A DNA stretch of 64,000 nucleotides. Origin: the human T2T-CHM13v2.0 reference genome, Homo sapiens. The position numbers and the translations under genes were made by a program. The stretch lies in NCBI RefSeq assembly GCF_009914755.1, contig NC_060928.1; one strand, written 5' to 3'. How positions within the stretch are numbered: the stretch's first letter is position 1; every line of letters begins with the position of its first letter. The notes beneath the pieces are model-generated. The model was given only the letters and a program-made list of their open reading frames with translations. It made no database searches and had not been told where the DNA came from. Shown here piece by piece: positions 1 through 13,679 of the stretch.

Positions 1-459
1 AATGTAAGCAAAGAATTTACAAAGTATGAGAGAATCTTACAAAGAATATGGCAGCTGAGATCTAATACAAAAAAGTGAAACTTAGATAAGAAATTACCTA
101 ACCCTCTATTTTAGAAGCAAATCATAAAAAGGGAAGATTGAAGTCTATAAGACGTCAGCTTGTTCAAATATTTTAAGTAAACAAATAAATATTTTATTCT
201 ATTTTACATTAAAATGTAGGTTTAGGGCTTTTTTTTTAATTGAAAAATAAGACCTATGTTTTTGTAGGCAGGAATGAATCTCAAATTACTACCAGCCTAG
301 TCAAGACTTAGTGATTTAAATCATGTGAGCATCAGTAAAAATACATATATGGAAGAGATAACAAATGATTCTAGTTGAATCCTTAAGTATAATTTACTTT
401 AGGAGGCATATGACTCTCATCAAAATTGTTGAAAATTTTATGAATTCAACATATTTTAC

Positions 460-602
460 CTACTACCCTGACATCACCTTTCAGCTATATATCTGTGCTT
501 TATAACCTATGGTTCATAATCTCTTCTGGTGAGGACACCTTTCAAAGATATTCTCAATTGCAAGACACTTCCAAAAATATGCCTATATTTGACAATATGC
601 TC
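460..602 (-). other. Candidate spliced exon (probably non-coding)
   Basis: Minus strand reads ctaatttcttcatgtattttgcag|GAGCAT...GTAGTAG|gtaaaata: branch-point-like CTAAT, pyrimidine tract, AG acceptor and GT donor. All three frames contain stops. Confidence 0.3.
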
Positions 603-2215
603 CTGCAAAATACATGAAGAAATTAGTCTAAGAACATCTCAGGCAACTTTTCCTAATGGAGGAACAGCATTTTATAGATTTCATTATCACTTGAGTAAAT
701 CTTAAATTCTTAAATTTGTCAGCGCAAGAAAAAATAAATAAAGTTAAAATGATTTCCATGTGTGTTTTCTAGAACTACTCTAAAAGTAATATTTATGTGC
801 CTAACGAAGTGTGTTAGTTATTAAAGAATAATCACACAGGTAAATAATATTAAATGCTATAATAACTATTATTAACAGCTCTATAAAATTTGACATAAAT
901 CTTGTATCTGAAGCTTTCACTTGCACTATGGTGTGCATTTGATTTGCTTGTAACAGCTTTTTATTGTTACTAAAAGAAATATGCATATCCATGCTTCTTG
1001 GTAGTTTTGCATACATGTGTAATTTCACTGTTTCCTTCAGCTATCCTCTTCTTACTAACACATAATCACAATTGTCAGTTTAAAATATGAGAATAACTAT
1101 AACTCAAAAGCCAAAGATAATCAATGTCCTTTCTATTTAAGGCATACATGTAACCTTTTGTCATCATTGGCTTCAACAAACTTGAAATAGAATATTATAT
1201 TTTGTTGAGTAATTGTAACCTCACCCCTTCCACTTTCACATATTAAAACGTCTTGCAATATTCATGAGTGACTGTTAAATTGTATGGAAATAATAGTGAA
1301 TGTACTTTTATTCTGTAAGTAAAAGCTTATTGGAAACTTTTCTCAATAATATCACCAAACTAGAATCACTGCAGTTGAGAACTGATGCCCTTGATTGGCA
1401 TCTTGTCATAAGCTCTTTGAATTTTATCCAAAAAAACTGAGCTAAATATGAATGGTCATCTTCTTCATTGAAGTGTCATTATTTTTGTTAATGATTATTT
1501 TGTCATCTTAGTTGGAACTATTAAAGAAAAATAGCTGTAATAACTCAAAAAGTAGTTTAACTTGTCAGTTATTTATAAAAGTATTTTCCCCAAAACACTG
1601 ATTAACATATATTTGTATAGTTATTTAGAAATTTTAAAACTTAAAAAAAACTTTGAAAAAGAATATAGTAAAATAAGTCTTAAGTATGATAGATCTCATT
1701 CAGACTTTGTGTTTCATGTTCAAAGTACAGAGGAACAAAGTTAGTAAATTCTAGAAAATGAAAATAAGTAGAATCTCATGATATCTCCTACAGGTAGCAA
1801 GATATAAAGCAAAAGGAATTTCTACATTACAAGAAATTATAGCCATATTATTATCAGTCAGAAGGTAGCCTAATGTATTTTAATGTTTCAGCCTTACTTT
1901 TACGAACATTACATAATCCACATATATATTAATGATAGGCATATTTACAGCATTTATATTGATTTGATTAAATAAAAAATACAGTTTTTATATTATGTGT
2001 GTGTATATGTCTTTATATTAATTGATAAGAATAAGAATTAATTTTGGAATAATAAAACAAAACATATGCCAAATACTGAAGCATAAAGCAAGAATCAAAA
2101 TACATCACTGTAGGAATGTACATGACACAAAACTGAAGAACATGAGAAATAAATAAATTAGAAATTATGTAAGCTTATATGAAATATTTCTGAAAAAAGA
2201 AAGTTGAATAATGTT

Positions 2216-4615
2216 TGATAAGGTTTGAATTTGTGTCCCTGCCTAAATCATATGTAGAATTGTAATCCCCAATGTTGGGTGAGTGGCCTGGTCAAGGTGA
2301 TTGGATCATGGGGGTGTACTGTCCCCTTGCTGTTCTCATGATAGTGAGTGAGTTCTCACAAGATCTGGTTGTTTAAAAGTGTATAGCACCACCGCATTTG
2401 CTTTCTTTTGTTCCTTCTCCAGTCATGTAAGATGTACCTGCTTCCCCTTTGCTTTCTGCCATAATTGTAAGTTTCCTGAGGCCTCCCCAGCCATGCTTCC
2501 TGTACAGCCTGTGGAACTGTCAGCCAATTAAACCTCTTTTCTTTATAAATTACCTAGCTTGAGGTAGTTCGTTATAGCAATGCAAGAATGAACTAATACA
2601 GAAATTTGGTATTGGAAGTGGGGCATTGCTATAAAGACACCTGAAAATGTGGAAAAGACTTTGAAACCGGGTAATGGGGAGAGGTTGGAACAGTTTGGAG
2701 GGTGTAGAAGAAGATAGGAAGATGACAAAAAATTTGGAATGTCCTAGAGATGTGTTGAATTCTTGTGAACAAAATGTTGATAGTGATATAGACAATGAAG
2801 TCCAGGCTGAGGGGGTCTCAGATGAAGATGAGGAACTTATTGGGAACAGAAGCAAAGGTCAGTTTTGTTATACATTAGCAAAGAGGTTGGAGGCATTGTG
2901 TCCCTGCCTTAGATATCTGTGGAACTTTGAACTTGAGAGAAATGATTTAAAGTATGTAGCAGAAGAAATTTCAAAGCAGCAAAGTTTTCAAGATATGGTC
3001 TGGCTGCTTCTAAGAGTGTATGTTTATATTCATAAGCAAATAAATTACCTGGAGCAGAAACTTACATTTAAAAGGGAAGCAAAGCATAAAAGTTTGAAAA
3101 ATTTGCATCCTGATCATGTAGTAGAAAAGAAAATCCCATTCTTGGGGGAGGAATTCAAGCTGGCTGCAGAAATTTGCATGAGCAAAGAGGTGCTAAATGT
3201 AAATAGTCAAGATAATGGGGAAAATACCTTGAAGGCATTTCAGAGACTTTTGCTGCAATCCCTCCTATCACAGACCCAGACACATAGGAGAGAAGAATGA
3301 TTTAGTGGGCCAGGACCACGATCAGAGCCCTGCTGCTCTGCACAACCTTAGGACATTGCTCCCTGCATCCCAGCTGCTCCAGCTCCTGCTGTGGCTAAAA
3401 GGGCCCCAGATATATCTCAGTCCACTGCTCCAGAGGGTAAAAGTTGCAACCTTGTTTGCTTCCAAGTGGTGTTAAGCCTGCAGGTGCACAGAGGACAAGA
3501 GTTGAGGCTTGGGAGCCTCAGCCTAGATTTCAGAGGAGGTATGGAAATGCCTGGATGTCCAGGCAGAAGTGTGCTGCAGGGGCAGAGCCCTCACAGAGAG
3601 CCTCTACTAGTGCAGTGCAGAGGGAAAATGTGGGGTTGGAGTCCCCAACACATATTCCCCACTAGGGCACTGCCTAGTGGAGATGTAAGAAGAGGGCCAC
3701 TGTCCGCCAGACCCCAGAATGTTAGATCCACCAACAGCTTGAACCATGCTTCTGGAAAAGCTGCAGGCACTCAATGCCAGCCCATGAAAGCAGATGACGG
3801 GACCTGTATCTTGCAGAGTCAAAGGGTGAAGATGCCCAAGACTTTAGGAACCCATGCCTTGCATCAGTGTGGCCTGGGTGTAAAACAAGGAGTCAAAAAA
3901 GATTATTTTGGAGTTTTGAGACTTAATGACTGTCCTGCTGGGTTTCAGATTTGCATGGGACTTGTAGCCCCTTTGTTTTGGCTGATTTGTCCCTTTTGGA
4001 ATGGATTGTATTTGCCCAGTGCCTGTACCCCCATTTTATCTTAAAGTAGCCAACTTGATTTTTTTTATTTTACAGGCTCATAGGCAGAAGGGACTTTCAT
4101 TGTCCCAGACAAGACTTTGGAGGTAAACTTTTGAGTTACTGCTGAAGTGAATTAAGACTTGGGGGACTGTTGAGAAGGGATAATTGTATTTTGCAATGTG
4201 AGAAGGACATGAGATTGTGGATGGGTCAGGGGTGGAATCATATGGTTTAGATTTGTGTCCCTGCCAAAATCTCACGTAGAACTGTAATCCCCAATATTGA
4301 GGGAGGGGTATGGTCAAGGAGATTGGGTCATGGGGCTGGGCTTCCCCCTTGCTGTTCCTGTGATAGTGAGTTCTCATGAGATCTCATTGTTTAAAAGTGT
4401 GTAGGACCTCACTGTTCACTCTGTTTCTTCTGCTCCTACCATGTAAGACATGCCTGCTTCCCCTTTGTCTTCTGCCATGATTGTGAGTTTCCTGAGGCCT
4501 CCTAGCCATGCTTTCTGTACAGCCTGTGGAATTGTGAGCCAATTAAACCTCTTTTATTTATAAATTACCCAGTCTCAGGTAATTTTTTATAGCAATGTGA
4601 GAACAGACTAATATA
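2216..4615 (+). mobile_element. MSTA (ERVL-MaLR) provirus: 5' LTR 2216-2600, internal 2601-4237, 3' LTR 4238-4615
   Basis: Two homologous ~380-bp LTRs (tgata(t)ggttt...ctaata(c)a), purine tract before the 3' LTR, exact 5-bp TSD ATGTT at 2211-2215 and 4616-4620. Confidence 0.92.
2674..4044 (+). pseudogene. Broken MaLR internal ORF remnants (2674-3300 and 3391-4044)
   Basis: Translation GRGWNSLEG.EEDRKM...LWNFELER.DL...EEISKQQS is typical of THE1/MST internal ORFs; interrupted by stops/frameshifts. Confidence 0.8.
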
Positions 4616-4747
4616 ATGTTACATATTGATTTCTATAAATCCTCACAGAGAATTATTAAAAGAGGTCATAAATATGTATATATTGAAAAATTGTTTTTAA
4701 AGAAGCATAATAAATAAATAAACATTCAACCATATGTAGATTTCTGG

Positions 4748-4973
4748 GTTTTTTGTTGTTTGTTTGTTTTGATATGGATTCTTGCTCTGTCACCCAGGCT
4801 AAAGTACAGTGGCGTGATCATAGCTCACTACAGCCTTGAACTCCCTGGGCTCAGGCAACACCCCTGCTTCAACCTCCTGAGTACATGGGGTTATAGGCAC
4901 ACGATGTCACACCCAGCTAATTTTTATTTTTTTTTTTTAGTTTTTGTAGTGATGGGGTCTTGCTGTGCTGACC
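4748..4973 (-). mobile_element. AluJ, 5'-truncated
   Basis: T-rich tail, gatcatagctcactacagcc and gggctcagg J-type sequence; right arm plus part of the left arm. Confidence 0.85.
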
Positions 4974-5169
4974 ACACTGTAAACTTCTCTCTAACTTAAA
5001 TAATCTGAGTGATTATCCTTATAGAGTATAAGTTAAGGGAATACAATAAAAATAGAAGATGAGCCCTTGCTTCCAAGATAGCCAAATAGTAACAGCTCCA
5101 GTCTGCAGCTCCCAGCGAGATCGATGAAAGAGATGGGTGATTTCTGCATTTCCAACTGAGATATCTGTT

Positions 5170-5571
5170 TCATCTAACTGGGGCTGGTTGGACAGTGGGT
5201 GCAACCCATGGAGGGTGAGCTGAAGCAGGGCGGGGCATCACTTCACCCCAGAAGTGCAAGGCGTTGGGGGATTTCCCTTTCCTAGCCAAGGGAAGCAGTG
5301 ACAGACTGTACCTGGAGAAAATGTATACCCCTGACCAAACACTGTGCTTTTCCCACATTCTTAGCAACTGGCACACCAGGAGATACCCTCCCATGCCTGC
5401 CTCAGTGGGTTCCACACCCACGGAGCCTTGCTCATTGCAGTGCAGTAGTCTGAGATTGACCTGCAACACTGCAGCTTGATGGGGGTTTAGGTGTCCACCA
5501 TTGCTGAGGCTTGAGAAGCTTACAATGTAAACAAAGTGGCCCAGAAGCACGAACTGGGCAGAGCCCACCAT
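5170..5571 (-). other. Antisense 133-aa ORF in the L1 5'UTR, homologous to L1 ORF0 in its middle part
   Basis: CNEQGSVGVEPTEAGMGGYLLVCQLLRMWEKHSVWSGVYIFSRY aligns by eye to L1HS ORF0 (SNQRDSVGVGPSEPGVGYSLVVRRFLSRSEKRNIRVGVTRFSRC, recalled). Confidence 0.6.
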
Positions 5572-6094
5572 AGCTCAGCAAGGCCTAGTGCCTCTATAGA
5601 TTCCACCTCTGGGAGCAAGGCATAGAAGAACAAAAGGCAGCAGACAGCTTCTGCAGACTTAAACGTCCCTGTCTGACAGCTCTGAAGAGAGCAGTGGTTC
5701 TCTCAGCCAGTGTTCGAGCTCTGAGAATGGACAGACTGCCTCCTCAAGTGGGTCCCTGACCCCTGTGTAGCCTGACTGGGAAACACCTACCAGTAGGGGC
5801 TGATGGACACCTCAAACAAGTGGGTACCCCTACGGGACAATGCTTCCAGAGGAGGGATTAGGCAGCAATATTTGCTGTTCTGCAGCCTCCACTGGTGATA
5901 CCCAGGCAAGCAGGGTCTGGAGTGGACCTCCAGCAAACTCCAACAGACCTCCTGCAGCTGACAGACCTGACTATAAGAAGAAAAACTAACAAACAGAAAA
6001 GAATAACATCAACATCAACAAAAAGGACAACCACACCAAAACCCTATCTGTAGGTCACCAACATCAAGGACCAAAGGTAGATAAAACCACAAAG

Positions 6095-7123
6095 GTGGGG
6101 AGAAACCAGAGAAGAAAAGCCAAAAATTCCAAAAAAACAGAGTGCCTCTTCTCCTCCAAAGGGTCACAGCTCCTTGCCAGCAAGGGAATAAAACTGGGTG
6201 GAGAATGAATTTGATGAGTTGACAGAAGTAGGCTTCAGAAGGTCAGTAATAACAAACTATTTTGAGCTAAAGGAGCATGTTCTAACCCATCGCAAGGAAG
6301 CTAAAAACCTTGAAAAAATGTTAGATGAATGGCTGTCTAGAATAAACCATGTAGAGAAGACCTTAAATGACCTGATGGCTCTGAAAACCATGTCACAAGA
6401 GCTTGGTGATGCATGCACAAGCTTCAATAGCCGATTCAATCAAGTGGAAGAAAGGATATCAGTGATTGAAGATCAAATTAATGAAGTGAAGCAAGAAGAC
6501 AAGATTAAAGAAAAAAGAGTGAAAAAAAACAAACAAAGCCTCCAAGAAATATGGGACAATGTGAAAAGACCAAATGTGTATTTCACTGGTGTACTGGAAA
6601 GTGACAGGGAGAATGGAACCAAGTTAGAAAACACTTTTCAGGATATTATCCAGGAGAACTTCCCTAACCTAGCAAGGCAGGCCAACATTCATATACAGGA
6701 AATAAAGAGAACACCACAAAGATACTCCTTGAAAACAGCAACCCCAAGACACATAATTTTCAGATTCACCAAGGTTGAAATGAAGGAAAAAATGTTAAGA
6801 GCAGCCAGAGAGAAAGGTCAGGTTACCCACAAAGGGAAACCCATCAGACTAACAGCAGATATCATCTCAGCAGAAACTCTACAAGCCAGAAGATAGTGGG
6901 GTCCAATATTCAACATTCTTAAAGACAAGAATTTTCAACCCAGAATCTTATATCCAGCCAAATAAGCTTCATAAGTGAAGGAGAAATAAAATCCTTTACA
7001 GACAAGCACATGTGGAGAGATTTTGTCATCACCAGCCCTGCCTTACAAGAGCTCCTGAAGGAAGCACTAAAGATGGAAAGGAAAAACCAGTAACAGCCAC
7101 TGCAAAAGCATGCCAAATGATAA
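6095..7123 (+). pseudogene. L1 ORF1p remnant
   Basis: 232-aa piece MENEFDELTEVGFRR...SLQEIWD.VKRPN...IIQENFPNLARQAN; start codon ATG>GTG at 6095; internal stop at 6894-6896. Confidence 0.93.
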
Positions 7124-7186
7124 AGACCACTGATGCTATGAAGAAACTGCATCAATTAACAGGCAAAATAACCAGCTAACATTGTA

Positions 7187-10100
7187 ATTACAGGATCAAA
7201 TTCAAACATAAAAATATTAACCTTAAAGGTAAATGGGCTAAATGCCCCAATTAACAGACAAAGACTGGCAAATTGGGTGAAGAGTCAAGACCCATTGGTA
7301 TGCTATATTCAGGAGACCGATCTGACTTGCAAAGATGCACACAGGCTCAAAATTAAGGGATGGAGGAAGACCTACCAAGCAAATGGAAAACAAAAACAAA
7401 AACAAAAACAAAAACAGGGGTTGCAATCCTTGTCTCTGATAAAACAGACTTTAAACCAACAAAGATCAAAAGAGACAAACAAGGCTACTACATAATGGTA
7501 AAGGGATCAATTCAACAAGAAGAGCTAACTATCCTAAATATATATGCACCCAATACAGGAGTACCCAGATTCATAAAGCAAGTCCTTAGAGACCTACAAA
7601 GAGACTTAGCCTCCCAAACAATAATAATGGGAGACTTTGACACCCCACTGTCAACATTAGACAGATCAATGAGACAGAATATTAACAAGGATATTCAGGA
7701 CTTGAACTCAGTTCTGGACCAAGCAGACCTAATAGACACCTACAGAACTCTACACCCCAAATCAACAGAATATACATTCTTCTCAGCACCACATCACACT
7801 TATTCTAAAATTGACCACATAACTGATAGTAAAACACTCCTCAGCAAATGTAAAAGAACAGAAATCACAACAAACTGTCTCTGAGACCACAGTGCAATTA
7901 AATTAGAACTCAGGATTAAGAAACTCACTCAAAACCACACAACTGCATGGAAACTGAACAACCTGCTCCTGAATGACTACTGGGTAAATAATGAAATGAA
8001 GGAAGACATAAAGATGTTCTTTGAAACCAATGAGAACAAAGACACAACATACCAGAATCTCTGGGACACATTTAAAGCAGTGTGTAGAGGGAAATTTATA
8101 GCACTAAATGCCCATGAGAGAAAGCAGGAAAGATCTAAAATTGACACCCTAACATTACAATTAAAAGAACTAGAGAAGCAAGAGCAAACACCTTCAAAAG
8201 CTAGCAGAAGGCAAGAAATAACTAAGATCACAGCAAAACTAAAGGAGATAGAGACACAAAAAAAACTTCAAAAAAATCAATGAATCCAGGAGCTGGTTTT
8301 TTGAAAAGATCAACAAAATTAATAGACCACTAGCAAGACTAATAAAGAAGAAAAGAAAGAAGAATCAAATAGATGCAATAAAAAATGATGGAGGGGATAT
8401 CACCACCGATCCCACAGAAATATGAACTACCATCAGAGAATACTATAAACAACTCTACACAAATAAACTAGAACATCTAGAAGAAATGGATAAATTCCTG
8501 GACACATACACCCTCCCAAGACTAAACCAGGAAGAAGTTGAATCTCTGAATAGACCAATAACAGGATCTGAAATTGAGACAATAATTAATAGCCTACCAA
8601 CCAAAAAAGGTCGAGGATCAGACAGATTCACAGCTGATTTCTACCAGAGGTACAAAGAGGAGCTGGTACCATTCCTTCTGAAACTATTTCAATCAATAGA
8701 AAAAGAGGGAATCCTCCCAACTCATTTTATGAGGCTAGCATCATCCTGATAACAAAGCCTGGTAGAGACACAATAAAAAGAAAAATTTAGACCAATATCC
8801 CTGAAGAACATCGTGCGAAAATCCTCAATAAAATACTAGCAAACTGAATCCAGCAGCACATCAAAAAGCTTAATCAAGTCAGCTTAATCCCCCGATGCAA
8901 GGCTGGTTCAATATATGCAAATCAATAAATGTAATCTGTCACATAAACAGAACCAATAACAAAAACCACATGATTATTTCAATAAATGCAGAAAAGGTCT
9001 TCAACAAAATTCTACAGCCTTCATGCTAAAAACTCTCAATAAACTAGGTATTCATGCAATGTATCTCAAAATAACAAGAGCTATTTATGACAAACCCACA
9101 GCCAATATCATACTGAATGGGCAAAAACTGGAAGCATTCCCTTTGAAAACGGGCACAAGACAGGGATGCCCGCTCTCACCACTCCTATTCAACATAGTGT
9201 TGGAATTTCTGGCTAGGGCAATCAGGCAAGAGAAGGAAATAAAGGGAATTCAATTAGGAAAACAGGAAGTAAAGTTGTCTCTGTTTGCAGATGACATGAT
9301 TATATATTTAGAAAACCCCATTATCTCAGCCCAAAATCTCCTTAAGCTGTTAAGCAACTTCAGCAAAATCTCAGGATACAAAATCAATGTGCAAAAATCA
9401 CAAGCATTTGTATACACCAATAACAGACAAACAGAGAGCCAAATCATGAGTGAACTCACATTCACAATTACTACAAAGAGAATAAAATACCTAGGAATCC
9501 AACTTACAAGGGATGTGAAGGACCTCTTCAAGGAGAGCTACAAACCACTGCTCAACGAAATAAAAGAGGACACAAACAAATGGAAGAACATTCCATGTTC
9601 ATGGGTAGGAAGAATCAATATTGTGAAAATGGCCACACTGCCCAAGGTAATTTGTAGATTCAATGCTGTTCTCATCAAGCTACCACTGATTTTCTTCACA
9701 GAATTGGAAAAAAACTACTTTAAACTTCATATGGAACCAAAAAAAAAAGCCCACATTGCCAAGACAATCCTAAGTAAAAAGAACAAAGTTGGAGGCATCA
9801 CTCTACCTGACTTCAAACTCTACTACATGGCTACGGTAACCAAAACAGCATGGTACTTGTACCAAAACAGATATATAGACCAATGGAACAGAACAGAGGC
9901 CTCAGAAATAACACCACACACCTACAACCATCTGATCTTTGACAAACCTGATAAAAGCAAGCAACGGGGAAAGGATTCCTTATTTAATAAATGGTGCTGG
10001 GAAAACTGGCTACCGACATGTAGAAAGCTGAAACTAGATCCCTTCCTTACACCGTATACAAAAATTAACTCAAGATGGATTAAAGACTTAAATGTAAGAC

Positions 10101-11013
10101 CTAACAGCATAAAAAACCCTAGAAGAAAACCTAGGCAATACCATTCAGGACATAGGCATGGGCAAAGACTTCATGACTAAAACACCGAAAGCAATGGCAA
10201 CAAAAGCCAAAATGGACAAAAAGGATCTAACTAAACTAAAGAGCTTCTGCACAGCAAAAGAAACTATCATCAGAGTGAACAGTCGACCTACAGAATGGGA
10301 GAAAATCTTTGCAATCTAACCATGTGACAAAGGGCTAATATCCAGAATCTAAAAAGACTTAAACAAATATACAAGACAAATGCAAACAACCCCATCAAAA
10401 AGTGGGCAAGGATATGAACAGACACTTCTCAAAAGAAGACATTTATGCAGCCAACAGACATATGAAAAAATGCTCTTCATCACTGGTCTTCAGAGAAATG
10501 CAAATCAAAACCACAATGAGATACCATCTCACACAAGTTAGAATGGCGATCATTAAAAAGTCAAGAAACAACAGATGCTAGAGAGGATATGGAGAAATAG
10601 GAACACTTCTACACTGCTGGTGGGAGTGTAAATTATTTCAACCATTGTAGAAGACAGTGTGGCAATTCCTCAAGGATGTAGAACTAGAAATACCATTTGA
10701 CCTAGTGATCTCATTACTGGCTATATACTCAAAGGATTATAAATCATGCTACTATAAAGACACATGCACACGTATGCTTATTGCGGCACTATTCACAATA
10801 GCAAAGACTTGGAACCAACCCAAGTCCATCAATGATAGACTGGATTAAGAAAATGTGGCACATATACAACATGGAACACTATGAAGCCATAAAAATCGAC
10901 GAGTTCATGTCCTTTGCAGGGATGTGGATGAAGCTGGAAACCGTCATTCTAACCAAACTATCACAAGGACAGAAAACCAAACACCGCATGTTCTCACTCA
11001 TAGGTGGAAGTTG
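7187..11013 (+). pseudogene. L1 ORF2p (endonuclease/reverse transcriptase) remnant
   Basis: EN motifs (GVAILVSDK, NIYAPN, MGDFDTPL, SKIDH) and RT motifs ([20 protein letters not shown]) spread over several broken frames; start ATG>ATT. Confidence 0.95.
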
Positions 11014-11239
11014 GACAACAAGAACACATGGACACAGGGTGCGGAACATCACACACCAGGGCCTTTCATGGGGTAGGGGGCTGGGAGAGCGATAGCATTA
11101 GGAGAAATACCTAATGTAAATGATGAATTGATGGGTGCAGCAAACTAACATGGCACATGTATACCTATGTAACAAAGCTGCATGTTGTGCACATGTACCC
11201 TAGAACTTAAAGTATAATAATAATAATAATAAAATTGAA

Positions 11240-11666
<427 letters not shown>

Positions 11667-11939
11667 TCAGCTGCCGCATGTGTGGTGAATGGCAGATGAG
11701 AAGAATACACTATATCCACAACTAACACAATTATACAAACAATTATCATCAATGATGGGACATCCACCAGTCTCTCACCAATTCTACCCAAATTGCTCAA
11801 ACTACTAATGAAAAGTAATTCCCTGAAAGTTTTTCATACTATCCTTCAATAAATGTTGGTTTAAAAAATGTGCATTTTAAAATTTTCCATTTCAAGAAAA
11901 TATTTGAAATAGAAATTACAAAAATCTATGTTCAATTTT

Positions 11940-13673
11940 TTTGAAACTGGAGAAAGAGAAATCCTCATTATGTAGTCACAGAAAGCTTTACAAAATGACT
12001 TCTAGTTATGTAGAAAGCAGAATTTTTAAGATAATTTATGAACTTGGTTATCTTGCTAAGGAGTTTCACAAACAAAGTGTTAAAGTGTTCCCTTGTTCCT
12101 TCTTGATGCTCATAGTAAAAGGAGGTAAATTAAGAAAATAATTGTTTAACACAAGCAACCAGAACTGAATGATTCTGAAAAAAATCACAGCCTCTCCAAA
12201 TAGTAAAAGTTACTGAAATTAAAACAGTGTGGTTTAAAGAAAAAGTTGAGTTCTCTTTGAGCAATCTTTTGCAAAAACCTTAGAAATACCAAAAGGTCAA
12301 AGTATTCAGTCACAAAAACGGGCTCATTCAAGAGATTGAAGCTGTTCTGTTCAGATTCCTTCAATCAAACCAGAGAGGCTATAGGAGTATTAAGGACATT
12401 ATCTCTCAGCCATCTCTCCAGGAGCCAAAGATAGAGAAGGAGTTATCACGAAAAGATCTCTGGACATGGCTTTCATCGAATGAAGTATCCTAAAAGGAAA
12501 AGAGAGTAAATGAGGAAAATAAGCTGATGGACCCCCAACTGGCTGATCAGGAAGAAGGCTAATAAAGCTACTCAACTATGAATGAGTTAACCTTCATGAA
12601 CAATGGAAGGGTTACTAAAAGGGTAGAACCTAGATGATGCAGCCAAGAGCCATAGAAAATTATCCCTAGGTCTTGAAACCTAACTAAGAAACCCATTTTT
12701 TTTTCTGGTTGGATTTCACAACTGCTTTGCACATTAAGTGTGTTTTTTCTTCTGTTCTCCCCCTTTTGAACTAAAATGACTGTGGGTTTAAACACATGCA
12801 TTGCCAGCACTGTATGTTGCAAGTTTTGAGGACAGATAACTTGGCTCTCTAATTTCATATGTCCACAGATGGAGAATAATTGTATACCAGCAGTGGTAGT
12901 TAGTGGATTTGAATGACTTCTATAACAAGGTTTTTGAAATTTGAACTGACAATTTAGATGAGATTTTGTATTTTGTGGTGATGAGATGTGATTAGATTTA
13001 GATAAGAGATTTTGCATAAGAGCTGACACTGTGATGAGATGAAACTTGAGAACACTGGAATTGAATGGACTTATTTTTCATTTTGGAGGAATATGAATGC
13101 TTGGGAGCCAGAGAGTGGGCTATGATAGGCAAAATGATAAGATGATTTGGTTCCCTTCATGGGCATGCCCTGTGTAATCCCCTCCTCTTGAGTATGAATA
13201 AACCTGTGAACCAGATGGTATATCATTCCTGTGATTAGGTTATGAACAAATTGACTTTGACTTCATCATGAGTGAGCCTTGCTTAAAAGGCACTGGGGCC
13301 TTCCTGAAGTCAGAGATATGGGAGGCAGGAGAGGATCTATAAATCGGGACAATATAGGAAGAAAGTGTGGGTGGCCCTAGGATCTGAGTACAATCTCTAT
13401 CCACAGGACAACAAGAACTTAGTCCTTCAGCCGCAAAGAACTGAACTCTGCCAAAACCCTCCAGTAGCTTATAGATGAATCTATTCCTTTAGCCTCCAGA
13501 TAAGGACATAGCAGGCCAACATCTTAATTTTAGCCTTCTGAGATACTGAGAAGAGTACTAAGCCACTTCATACCTGGACTTCTGAGCTCCAGAACTGTGA
13601 GCTGATGAATTACTGATGTTTTAGGCTGCTAACTTTGTGGTAATATGTTAAACATCAATGGAAAACTAATATA
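11940..13673 (+). mobile_element. MLT1 internal remnant (~11940-13120) plus MLT1E-type LTR (13121-13673)
   Basis: MaLR-int-like gaaactggagaaag...gaacttggttatcttgctaaggag; purine tract; LTR with tgtgtaatcccctcctcttgagt and a gaaaactaata(c)a end. Confidence 0.7.
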
Positions 13674-13679
13674 GCATAG

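Larger units (their letters stand above)
5065..11234 (+). mobile_element. Full-length LINE-1, L1PA6-like (L1PA5-7 range), inactive
   Basis: 5'UTR starts ttccaagatagccaaatag...cagctcc; ORF1 and ORF2 remnants; 3'UTR ggagaaatacctaatgtaaatga...gtaccctagaacttaaagtataa; (TAA)n tail. Confidence 0.95.

Noticed and set aside
801-1028. ORF with a DTRFMSNF motif reminiscent of hAT transposases
   Set aside because: Only one short motif; no terminal repeats or further transposase motifs seen. A TBLASTN/Dfam search would be needed.
9023-10180. 385-aa reverse transcriptase ORF as an active or novel RT system
   Set aside because: It is a fragment of ordinary L1 ORF2; both L1 start codons are mutated and the frames are broken.
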